Source: a bacterium
GTDB taxonomy: Bacteria; Babelota; Babeliae; Babelales; RVW-14
Direction: 5' to 3'
Length of the DNA: 25,360 nucleotides
Assembly (NCBI GenBank): GCA_043822925.1
Contig: JBDRBF010000009.1
Coordinates: 1 to 25,360, forward strand
In this document: positions 8,602 to 17,230 of the stretch, piece by piece
Layout of the letters: each line of letters opens with the position of its first letter
Numbering within the stretch: position 1 is the stretch's first letter
Notes under the pieces: generated by a model
Told to the model about the DNA's origin: nothing
The model's input: only the letters and a program-made list of their open reading frames with translations
The model's database searches: none
Translations under genes and position numbers: made by a program

Positions 8602-10572
8602 TTATAGCGATGCTTGGTTGTTTTTTTGATCTGGTTCACACGGTACTTGCGCTGTTTGTACTGTTTCAGGTGTAATTGCTGGTTGCATGGTCTCGTCCAG
8701 TCCCGCGTCTTTTTTAAATACACGTTCAGCGTGTTCTATTTGGCGTTCACGGCTCCAGGCAGAAACAGGCGTAAAGTATCCAATAACGCGCGTGAGATAG
8801 TCTTTTATTGGGGCGTTACATAGTGGGCAATTTGTAACTTGGCCAGCTATTGTTGTGTGATTATTCTCGCAGCGACAATAATTATAATTTATCGCAAAGT
8901 GTTCGCAGCCGTATTTAATCGCATGTTCGATCAGTTTTTTCATCTGATTTTTGTGCGTTAACTTTTCTCCTAAGTTTAAGTGAGAAATGCCGCCACCAGT
9001 TAAAGCTTTAGAAAAAGCTCCGTCCATTTTGACGCGTTCAACAATGTCGCAATTAATGGTTAGTGGGATAAATTGGTTTGCATAAACTTGGTAATCCATG
9101 TTGTATACGATTTTGTCTTTGGCTGCTAATTTTACGGCCAAGCTTTCTGCGGGAACTTGTTCAATATTAAATAGCGAGTAGCCTTTTTTGCTGCAATCTG
9201 CTGCGTATTTTTTTATACGAGCAAGCAGCTCTATGGCTAATTTTTGACCGGCTTCAGTAGTAATTGGAGAGCCTAGTTGTTCAAGACATTCATAAATGCC
9301 GTTTAATCCAAAAGTACTAAATAGACGGCTCATTGAGATTATGCCTCGGCTCATGAATGGATAGAAATTTACTTTCTTGCGTTTTTCGAGCAACTTTTTG
9401 TGCGCGACAAGTGCGCTTTCTGCTTTGCCCAGTTGTTCATATAAGAGCTCTACTAAGTGTTCATATGATTGTGCGCGTTTGCCCAGGCGAGCCATGTTTA
9501 TTGTCACAACACGGTGAGAACCAAGAGACAAGCCTCCATTACCAAAGCTGTCTATGCCGGCTAAATCAAAGTCATTAGTTAAGCGACAACAGCTGGCTAT
9601 TTTGTTTCCTGAAGAGATATAGATATTAAAGCAGCCTTTATCTAAATTTATTTGTGAAAAATAATCGAGCGATTCTTGGTCTATGACGTGGCCATTGTCG
9701 TCGACACGTAAGTTAAGTGTTACGACGGGAAATCTGTATGGTAAATCTGTGACGGGGTCGCCTTTATGGAACCAGTCGCAAAATATTTTTTGTATTTCTT
9801 GTATCGTGTCATAATCTGGCTTTGAGCCGTCAGGAAAAATATAATCTTGAAAAAGAATTTCTAAATTAGGTCGATCAAAAATTGAAATATTAGTGAATGG
9901 AGACTGGTGTGATGGTCTTAGTTTTTTATTAAGTGTGTGAACGAGTGATTGGAAATCGTCTTCAATGCTTTTGCGTATTGCTGGATTTTGTAAATCGAGA
10001 TTTTCTTTTTTAACGAAGTATGAATAACAGGCGATAAGGTCGCCAATGGCAACAGCGCCGGCTACTTCTTGTGCTACTTCTATGGTTACTTCTTTTACTT
10101 GGTCAATAAAAGAGCGTCTTTTTTTTGGTGGAAGTGATTGTAATTGTCCCCAAAAATTCCCCTGACGAAGTAAGAATTCGACTGACATTGCCCAGCAGTA
10201 TGGTGACTGTATTGATGTGCTATCATGAAAATATAAATCACCATCCCATAGAGAAGTCATGATGCTTTGTGCTTTTTCTTGTCCGTGATCTGTTTTGAGT
10301 ATTTCGTATAAATCGTTATACCCAATAAGTTTTTGGTTGCTTTTGACCATTTCAGAAAGATAATTGCCATATGATTTTTCGTTTTGGGCATGGTTGGCAT
10401 TGTTATCTATGGTTAAATCAATAACGCTTTCTTGAAAGTAACGATGTGATGCGCTTGACATATCAAGTTGAGTTTCTGAGAGACCTTCCAGTTTAAGTAG
10501 CTCTTGGCTTGTTTGTGCATAGAGTTCTTTGAAGTCATCAGAAAACTGTGCGTAATTTTTTATATTCCCCAT
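8602..10572 (-). CDS. nrdD: Class III (anaerobic) ribonucleoside-triphosphate reductase
   Basis: LYFHD, QSPFTN, YRFPVVT, ASCCRL active site, EQVPAESLA, CENNH...CPLC metal site, glycyl-radical motif YLTRVIGY. Confidence 0.95.
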   Translation of the reverse strand: MGNIKNYAQFSDDFKELYAQTSQELLKLEGLSETQLDMSSASHRYFQESVIDLTIDNNANHAQNEKSYGNYLSEMVKSNQKLIGYNDLYEILKTDHGQEKAQSIMTSLWDGDLYFHDSTSIQSPYCWAMSVEFLLRQGNFWGQLQSLPPKKRRSFIDQVKEVTIEVAQEVAGAVAIGDLIACYSYFVKKENLDLQNPAIRKSIEDDFQSLVHTLNKKLRPSHQSPFTNISIFDRPNLEILFQDYIFPDGSKPDYDTIQEIQKIFCDWFHKGDPVTDLPYRFPVVTLNLRVDDNGHVIDQESLDYFSQINLDKGCFNIYISSGNKIASCCRLTNDFDLAGIDSFGNGGLSLGSHRVVTINMARLGKRAQSYEHLVELLYEQLGKAESALVAHKKLLEKRKKVNFYPFMSRGIISMSRLFSTFGLNGIYECLEQLGSPITTEAGQKLAIELLARIKKYAADCSKKGYSLFNIEQVPAESLAVKLAAKDKIVYNMDYQVYANQFIPLTINCDIVERVKMDGAFSKALTGGGISHLNLGEKLTHKNQMKKLIEHAIKYGCEHFAINYNYCRCENNHTTIAGQVTNCPLCNAPIKDYLTRVIGYFTPVSAWSRERQIEHAERVFKKDAGLDETMQPAITPETVQTAQVPCEPDQKNNQASL

Positions 10573-11012
10573 GTTAGCTCCTTTTTTTTAAAAACACGTT
10601 GGTTTGATGATGCAGGCCACCCCTTTTTTTGAAGGTCTTCTCTGTATGGTCCACAAACGACCATAAATAAATGATCGAGCAATTCTTGTGGCAGGTCTTC
10701 AAATTCTCTGCCGGTATAGAGTGCTATAGGCAGTTTTGTGTGTTGTTTTATTTGTGAGCACATCTCAAGCAAGAAGGGCAACTGATCTGTTGGTTCCCCT
10801 CCCAAGAAAGCGACGCAATCAGCCAGTGTATTGTCTTTTACTTTTTGTAAAACTTCGATGTCAGACATGAGAGTCCCGCTGGTAGGGTCCCAGATGTCTT
10901 TATTTTGGCACCCTTTGCACCGTATGCTGCATCCGGAGAAGAAGATAGCAACAGCGATTGCATCGGGTACATCAATGAATGATGTGAAGATACGGGCTAT
11001 TCGTCCCTTCAT
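10560..11012 (-). CDS. nrdG: Anaerobic RNR activating enzyme (radical SAM)
   Basis: GCSIRCKGCQN (CxxxCxxC), FLGGEP, GPY, ASSNQRV; start moved to ATG 11012, which has a GGGAGG SD; overlaps the nrdD start by 13 nt. Confidence 0.93.
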   Translation of the reverse strand: MKGRIARIFTSFIDVPDAIAVAIFFSGCSIRCKGCQNKDIWDPTSGTLMSDIEVLQKVKDNTLADCVAFLGGEPTDQLPFLLEMCSQIKQHTKLPIALYTGREFEDLPQELLDHLFMVVCGPYREDLQKKGWPASSNQRVFKKKELTWGI

Positions 11013-11203
11013 AAGAGTCCTCCCAAATTGGTTAGTATTCTTGTGATTCTTGAGAGGTGATTCTAAACGTTGACATGTATGCTTAGCAAGCTTTCTTTTT
11101 AATTTTTTTTCTAACATTTATATGCGTAAAATAAATGTCTCAATGGGAGGTAATTTATGTCTATTGGTTTTTAAGTTGGCAATAAAAAAAGATATTTTTG
11201 AGT

Positions 11204-13432
11204 TTATTTTTTCTCGTGAACTGGGAGTAAGATTTTGAATGTTGCGCCCGGGTTTTGTTTTGAGTTTGATAGAAGCGTGATCGAGCCTTTGTGTTGGGAT
11301 ATAATGTCATATATTATAGCCAGACCTAAGCCGGTATTTTTTTTGCTTGTTGAAACATACGGCAGAAAAATGTGATCTTTAACTTTTGGGCTTATTCCAG
11401 GGCCGTTATCTGAAAATAAAATTTCTATTTTTTTTGTTTGTACATTATAGCTGGTGTTAATCGTGATAATTTTTTTAAATTCAGAGAGGTGAGGTTCAAA
11501 TGCTTTTATACTGTTATCAAGTAAATTTATGATTACGCGTTTTATCTTTTTTTTGTCAGCCTGAATTTTTGGTAGCGTGGGAGTACTTGTAAATTCGATA
11601 GCAAGATCTGGGTAGCCAAGTTTATAAAATTGTACGATTTCTTGAATAATTTCGTTTAATTGTGTTGGCTCAGTCTCTGTTGAAGGTAAAGACGCAAACT
11701 CTGAAAAGTAAGAAGCTAAATTTTTGATTATTGTTACCTGATTTAAGATTGTGTTTGTACACTCTAAAAATGCAGGTTCATGTTCCAAAATATCATGATA
11801 TTTTCTTTGTAATCTTTGGGTGGCTAGTTGTATGGGTGTTAATGGATTTTTAATTTCATGTGCAACTTGCTGAGCCGCTTCTCGCCAGGTTTTCATTTTA
11901 CTTATTTTGACGATATCGGTCAGATCTTCTATAACGATAAGTAAGTTGCGGTCGATATTTTGGTTTAAGCTATTATATTGGGTTGCGGTGCTTACTATGG
12001 ACATGTGTATCATAAATACACGTGTTTGGTCGTTAGAGCTAAAAGAGAGTTCTTCTGATAAAATATCGACATTTTGAGTAAGCATTTTGCGTACGAGCTC
12101 ATGCATTTTGCCAAGAACATCTGGGCCTAAAAAAGAGATTTTTTTATTCATAAAGCGATTAATATGTAGGTATTTTTGAACAAGTTCTTTGGCTGCTCTG
12201 TTACAGGTGATGATTCGGCCAAATTTTCCGACAAAAAAGACAGATGCTTTTATATTTTCTAAAATCGTAAGCATTTCATTATTTTTGCGCTTTAATTCGT
12301 TGTGAGCTTGCCTGAGGGCTATAGCCATCTCGTTAAAACCATGCGTGAGTATAGCTAGATCGCTATCGGGTTTATCTGGTATTAAGACGTCCAGTTCTCC
12401 GTGGCGCATTTTGCGAGTTGCGTTTAATAAGTCTTGTATCGGTTGGCTGAGCCCCTTAGATAAATAAAAAGCGCACCAAACAGATAGAAATAAGATTAAT
12501 AATGTAATTAAGATAAATGAGAATATATATGTGGCATAAATTGGGTTTTTCATAGATTTGATTTGTTGGTAATCTTCGAGTGAATTTTGAATCTCGATAA
12601 GTGGGCCTCTAATAGCTTCGGGGTAACGGTATACGAGTATCATAAACTGGTTATTCGTTTTGTGTACCCAGTACAGGCAGCCATAAAAATCAAATAATTT
12701 TTCTGTGTTTGGGGCGCAGGCGTTTATTTTGGCTATAAAATTGAGCTTTAAGCTTTTTATCGATCTATCATTGTTTTTTCGGTAGCTTCTCCACATTTTG
12801 CCTTCAGTGTTTAATGCCCCAAGTAATGTTTTTTGTTTACCTGCGTTTAGTGCATAAAAATCGAATTTGTCATGAGCTCGTTTTACCAGTGGGTCGCCAT
12901 TTGTGTAATATTCATAAAAATCGCATGTATTATTATAGTTTTTATTATTATTGTTTTTGTAAGCGTGAGCTTGTTTTAAAATTTTATGCCCATAGTTTGT
13001 CATTATTTTGCGAATATGCTTGCTTTGTACTTTGTGTAAATTCAGGCCACTCTGTAGCCCGGTGCTAATGCGTGCATGGAACCAGTCGTCTATACTTCTG
13101 GTAATAAATCTGCCTGCAGCAAAAAAAACAAAAAAAGACGGTATTACTGAGAAAAATGTGAAAGCGAACAACAGATTGCGTTTAAATAAGCTTCCCGGTA
13201 CATTTTGGCGTCGTTCGACGATTAGTTTTATGCTTTTGCGAATTATTATGAATAATAGTGTAACGATTGCGATGACGTGTACGTTTATTAGAATAAATAA
13301 AAATGGTCTACTAATCCCGCCGCCAACAAGATTTTGCTTTCTTTGTAAAAATAATTCGAACCATGAGGTGACAAAAAGGGCCCCTAGTGCCATGGCTAGA
13401 ACGGTTAATCGTTGTCTGCTTTGTGAATTCAT
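11204..13432 (-). CDS. NtrY-like membrane sensor histidine kinase (TM-HAMP-PAS-HisKA-HATPase)
   Basis: N-terminal TM helices and 'RSIDDWF'; HAMP region; WREAAQQVAHEIKNPLTPIQL H-box; NLLDNS, DNGPGI, GLGLAI boxes. Confidence 0.92.
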   Translation of the reverse strand: MNSQSRQRLTVLAMALGALFVTSWFELFLQRKQNLVGGGISRPFLFILINVHVIAIVTLLFIIIRKSIKLIVERRQNVPGSLFKRNLLFAFTFFSVIPSFFVFFAAGRFITRSIDDWFHARISTGLQSGLNLHKVQSKHIRKIMTNYGHKILKQAHAYKNNNNKNYNNTCDFYEYYTNGDPLVKRAHDKFDFYALNAGKQKTLLGALNTEGKMWRSYRKNNDRSIKSLKLNFIAKINACAPNTEKLFDFYGCLYWVHKTNNQFMILVYRYPEAIRGPLIEIQNSLEDYQQIKSMKNPIYATYIFSFILITLLILFLSVWCAFYLSKGLSQPIQDLLNATRKMRHGELDVLIPDKPDSDLAILTHGFNEMAIALRQAHNELKRKNNEMLTILENIKASVFFVGKFGRIITCNRAAKELVQKYLHINRFMNKKISFLGPDVLGKMHELVRKMLTQNVDILSEELSFSSNDQTRVFMIHMSIVSTATQYNSLNQNIDRNLLIVIEDLTDIVKISKMKTWREAAQQVAHEIKNPLTPIQLATQRLQRKYHDILEHEPAFLECTNTILNQVTIIKNLASYFSEFASLPSTETEPTQLNEIIQEIVQFYKLGYPDLAIEFTSTPTLPKIQADKKKIKRVIINLLDNSIKAFEPHLSEFKKIITINTSYNVQTKKIEILFSDNGPGISPKVKDHIFLPYVSTSKKNTGLGLAIIYDIISQHKGSITLLSNSKQNPGATFKILLPVHEKK

Positions 13433-13581
13433 AGATTTTATTATGTCATAAATGCACCTTAAATAAAGTATTTTTTATGTATTTTGGGGTTTGTGAATAG
13501 GGTCAAATAGTTACATATAGTAATTTTTGTTGCGTGAAAACCAGATTTTATACCGAAAAACGTGGTTTTGTGTGTCCAGGC

Positions 13582-13610
13582 GTGACAAACTCTCGGTTTG
13601 TTGGTATTCT
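13582..13610 (+). promoter_or_regulatory. Candidate sigma70 promoter for the phosphatase array
   Basis: GTGACA-N17-TATTCT with extended -10 TG; ACAAAC/GTTTGT dyad overlapping the spacer. Confidence 0.4.
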
Positions 13611-13655
13611 TATTTTCTATGAGAATTTTATATTTCAAAAAATGGGGGGCTTATT

Positions 13656-15203
13656 ATGTTGTTTGTAAAACGTTTATTAACGTTATTTTTGTTTTGTGTT
13701 TTTGTTCTGAGCTCGTCCTTTATTTCAGCAACGTATACAACATTGAGTGAGTGGACGCTTGCTAATCAGCAGGGCAAGTTTTCTGGTCAAAATTCTGTTT
13801 TGACAGCAAATGAATTTTTAGACGTGCTTGAAAATTGTCGCAGAGCTATAAGAGAGCGAGTATTTGATAAACCTGATCTTTGGCTCAAGAATAATACCCC
13901 AACAAATAGCTTTTTTCAGGCTGATTTAAATAATGAATGTTATCTGCAGAAGCTGGTTGTTGATCCAGGATCTAAAATTTGTTTTATGGGTGATATTCAT
14001 GGAAGCGTCGATTCGTTATTACATAATTTAAATAAATTGGCATCAAATAATTATATCGCCGATAATTTTAAAATTATAAACGATAACTTTTATATGATTT
14101 TTCTTGGTGATTATATTGACCGAGGTGTTTGTGGCGTTGAGGTTTTGTCTATTCTTAGTTTATTAAAAATAGCTAATCCGGATACGGTCTTTTTACTTCG
14201 TGGGAATCATGAAGAACCTTGGCAAGTGGGTACTTTTGAGAAAGAGCTTGAGGCTAAATTTAAATGGCAGGATCAGGATGTTCAAAAAGCTGTTCTTGAA
14301 ACAGCTAAATGCTTTCCTGCTGCGATATTTCTTAAGTCCGGTACAAATTTTGCGCAATGTTGTCATGGTGGGATTGAACTATGGTATTCGCCATGTGATT
14401 TTATGGCATCAGATAAAATGTTTGAACGGTATATAAAACATAAAGAGATTTTTCGTGAAAAAGAGTGTCTGTTTGAGTTCGGTTTTATATGGTCTGATTT
14501 TGATTTTCTTGGTAAAGAAGATCGTGAATATCAAAAGTCTTATGAATTTAGTGTTCGTGGTGGGAACGCGCTTATTTTTCATAGAGAAAAAACTAAAAAA
14601 TATTTAGCGAAAAATAGTACGCCAGAGAACAGGTTTGTGGCTTTTTTTAGAGGGCATCAGCACGCTTTTTTTGGTCTAAAAATGTTTAATGAGCATCATA
14701 AAAATATAGGAAGTTTGGGTTTTCGAGCTCATTGGGAGAATATTGTTTCGGAAGAAGATGTACGCAATAAAGAAATTTCTATTGCTGCGTATCATCCAGT
14801 GTTTACTTTTTCAACTGCAGCGGGTGTTTCATCATGCTATCAGCCGTACGATTGTTATGGGATTTTGACGGTAGAAAAAGAGTATGAAAACTGGACATTA
14901 AAAGTGCATGAAGAAATGCGTACTAAAATTAGAAAATCAGATTTAAAGTTTGAAAAAAAAACTGTAAAACCAGGTATTAAAAAAGTTGATACGCTTTATG
15001 ATTTTGAGTTTAACCAAGATCTTGAAGAAGAAGGCGAAGAAGCAATAACTCTTGAAGAAGCAATAAAAAATGTAGGAGAATCGCCTGATAATTGTATGTT
15101 TGAAGATGTGCAATTGGAAGATGTGCAATTGGTGGATGTTTCTTTTGAACCTTTTAATGTCAATAAACAAGAAAGAGATATTTCTTGTTGTCATATTTTG
15201 TAA
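13656..15203 (+). CDS. Secreted PPP-family Ser/Thr phosphatase paralog 1, C-terminal CaaX box
   Basis: Signal peptide; GDIHG, GDYIDRG, LRGNHE, HGG, WSD, RG, RGHQ, VFTFSTA; acidic tail ending SCCHIL*. Confidence 0.9.
   Translation: MLFVKRLLTLFLFCVFVLSSSFISATYTTLSEWTLANQQGKFSGQNSVLTANEFLDVLENCRRAIRERVFDKPDLWLKNNTPTNSFFQADLNNECYLQKLVVDPGSKICFMGDIHGSVDSLLHNLNKLASNNYIADNFKIINDNFYMIFLGDYIDRGVCGVEVLSILSLLKIANPDTVFLLRGNHEEPWQVGTFEKELEAKFKWQDQDVQKAVLETAKCFPAAIFLKSGTNFAQCCHGGIELWYSPCDFMASDKMFERYIKHKEIFREKECLFEFGFIWSDFDFLGKEDREYQKSYEFSVRGGNALIFHREKTKKYLAKNSTPENRFVAFFRGHQHAFFGLKMFNEHHKNIGSLGFRAHWENIVSEEDVRNKEISIAAYHPVFTFSTAAGVSSCYQPYDCYGILTVEKEYENWTLKVHEEMRTKIRKSDLKFEKKTVKPGIKKVDTLYDFEFNQDLEEEGEEAITLEEAIKNVGESPDNCMFEDVQLEDVQLVDVSFEPFNVNKQERDISCCHIL
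15102..15131 (+). repeat. 15-bp tandem duplication (EDVQL x2) in the paralog 1 tail
   Basis: GAAGATGTGCAATTG twice in tandem. Confidence 0.9.
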
Positions 15204-15242
15204 TTTTTTTAGATAATTTTTTTTAAAAAATGGGGGCTTATC

Positions 15243-17042
15243 ATGTTAATTGTTCGCTTAGAATCTAAAATTTTTCAAATTTTTTCTGTGCTTGTATTTT
15301 GTTTAAGTTTGTCTGTTGTTCAGGCTATGCAGCAGGATGGAGTACAACAATTTATAGAACCTAAAATGCCAACGTTAACCGAGTGGACAAGTCGGTGCTT
15401 TGCCGAGCTGCCTGAGTATACAGAAGAATATAAAACGGTTTTGACTAGTCTTGATTTTTTGTATGTTATTAAAAAATGTAGAAATATGTATCAAGAGACT
15501 GCTTTTGGTAATAAAGAAAACTGGCGTGATGGTGCAGCTCCAGATAACGGTTTTTTTGAAGATGTAGCGTCAGAAGAGAGTTTTTTTTCTGTTTGGGACT
15601 GTGCGCAAAAGTATAAAGCGCCGGTAGGGAGCACCCCTGTTTTTATTGGTGATATTCATGGCTGCGTGCATGCTTTGTTAAGAGATTTGTGGGGGCTTGT
15701 TGCCGATAAAAAGCTCGACAATAATTTTAAGTTAGCGCCTGGTGTTACGATTGTCTGTTTGGGTGATTATATTGACCGTGGTAAATATAGTGCCGAAGTT
15801 TTGTATACACTTTGTTTGTTAAAAATGGCAAATTTTGATCAGGTGTTTTTGTTACGTGGTAATCATGAAACTTTCGGCTATTTTGATGGCCCCTCTGGAT
15901 TTGGAGATGAGTTAAAAAATAAGTTTAAACTAGAAGAAGATCAATTGAATTTTGTTTTTAATTTTATACTAAAACTTGTGCGTTGTTTCCCTCTGGTATT
16001 GTTTTTTGAATCGGGGGATAGCGTTATTCAGTGTTCTCATGGTGGAATATGTTCGGGTTATGACCCTGTAGATTTGCTGCATGCGCCGGATACAAAAATA
16101 TTTGAACGAATCAAGCCGGTAGGGGCTAGTGCCAATTCTGAACAATTTTCAGCTGAGATGAAAAAAAATAAAAATTGGGCAGGACATTTTTTTGGGGTAG
16201 ATTTTACCGGAAAAGATTATAAGGATGGCGTTGTTCTTGGTTCTCGTGGTTTAGTCTACGGTAGGAATGGCGTTAACGAATATCGAGAGAGAATCAATAA
16301 ATCTTTAAAAGAGGCAGGGCTTAAGCTCAGGCTTGAAGGATTTTTTCGTGGGCATGAGCATGCTTGTTTTGGTTTAAAGATGCTTGAGACGAAAAATGGA
16401 GAGCGGGGGGCAGGAGCTCTTCAAGCTAATTTGTGGCAAATGCATTGGAAACAAATTGTTTCTCTTGAAGAAATAGTAAATACTGAAATTCTTATTCATA
16501 AATATTATCCTGTGTTTACTTTTTCTACCGCTTCTGGAACGCCTCTATGTGGGCAACCATATGATTGTTATGGCGTTTTGACGACAGCCCAAAAGTGGGA
16601 AGATTGGAAACTTAAAGTGTATGAAGGCAAAACCCCGCTTAATGAAAATTTCAAAGTTGAAAGAGAAAAGATAGATGGGAAAGTTATTGAAAAATCTATT
16701 TTTAAAAATGAAAAATATGTAGAAATTGATACGAAAGACGGCTTTGTTTTTAGTAACCAGTGTTCTGGAATGGCAATTGATGTGCGTTGGGTTGATAAAA
16801 AAGATAAGCGTACGCCAATTGGTGATGCGCTTATTAAGTTTGTTCAAGAGCTAAAGTACCCATCAGAAGTTATTGAAAAAGAAGAGAAGCATCAAGACAA
16901 AATAGAAATTGTTCTTGAATTAGATGAATCAGGCAATAAAAATAGTAGGTCAAAGAGAAAACGAGAAGAGACTAAAGAAAAAGAAGATGGTCGGGAATGT
17001 GACTCAGGTCAATCTTTCTCTAAGCGAGCCAAAAAAGAGTAA
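15243..17042 (+). CDS. Secreted PPP-family phosphatase paralog 2, basic NLS-like C-terminus
   Basis: Signal peptide ending VQA; GDIHG, GDYIDRG, RGNHE, HGG, RGHE, VFTFSTASG; tail SKRKR...SKRAKKE*. Confidence 0.9.
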   Translation: MLIVRLESKIFQIFSVLVFCLSLSVVQAMQQDGVQQFIEPKMPTLTEWTSRCFAELPEYTEEYKTVLTSLDFLYVIKKCRNMYQETAFGNKENWRDGAAPDNGFFEDVASEESFFSVWDCAQKYKAPVGSTPVFIGDIHGCVHALLRDLWGLVADKKLDNNFKLAPGVTIVCLGDYIDRGKYSAEVLYTLCLLKMANFDQVFLLRGNHETFGYFDGPSGFGDELKNKFKLEEDQLNFVFNFILKLVRCFPLVLFFESGDSVIQCSHGGICSGYDPVDLLHAPDTKIFERIKPVGASANSEQFSAEMKKNKNWAGHFFGVDFTGKDYKDGVVLGSRGLVYGRNGVNEYRERINKSLKEAGLKLRLEGFFRGHEHACFGLKMLETKNGERGAGALQANLWQMHWKQIVSLEEIVNTEILIHKYYPVFTFSTASGTPLCGQPYDCYGVLTTAQKWEDWKLKVYEGKTPLNENFKVEREKIDGKVIEKSIFKNEKYVEIDTKDGFVFSNQCSGMAIDVRWVDKKDKRTPIGDALIKFVQELKYPSEVIEKEEKHQDKIEIVLELDESGNKNSRSKRKREETKEKEDGRECDSGQSFSKRAKKE

Positions 17043-17063
17043 ATACGTAAGCCTGTTCTAAAT

Positions 17064-17176
17064 TATATAGGGCCCTTAATTTTACTGGTAAAACGGTGAG
17101 ATTAAGGGCTTTTTTGTATATATATATATATATATTATTGCGTTTTTTTGTGTTGGTTTGATATCGTGTTTAATAA
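17064..17176 (+). repeat. Intergenic module copy 1: terminator-like hairpin + (TA)9 + promoter-like tail
   Basis: GCCCTTAATTTTACTG-GTAAAA-CGGTGAGATTAAGGGC then T6, (TA)9, TTATTGCGTTTTTTTGTGTTGG...ATATCGT..TTAATAA; also at 21154 and 23111. Confidence 0.93.
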
Positions 17177-17230
17177 GATTTTTTTGAGTTGGAATTCGAT
17201 GTGTTTTGTTGTAGAGAGGGAGTGTGTGAG

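Noticed and set aside
11013-11117. 35-aa N-terminal extension of NrdG in the ORF track
   Set aside because: ATG 11012 has a strong GGGAGG SD and matches the normal NrdG start.
11013-11203. NrdR boxes or a riboswitch upstream of nrdG
   Set aside because: No convincing match to the NrdR consensus or recognisable RNA structure by eye.
17189-17230. TTG start at 17189 (and ATG 23165 for paralog 4)
   Set aside because: ATGs at 17231 and 23273 have SDs and put the signal peptide at the N-terminus; 23165 lies inside the repeat module.
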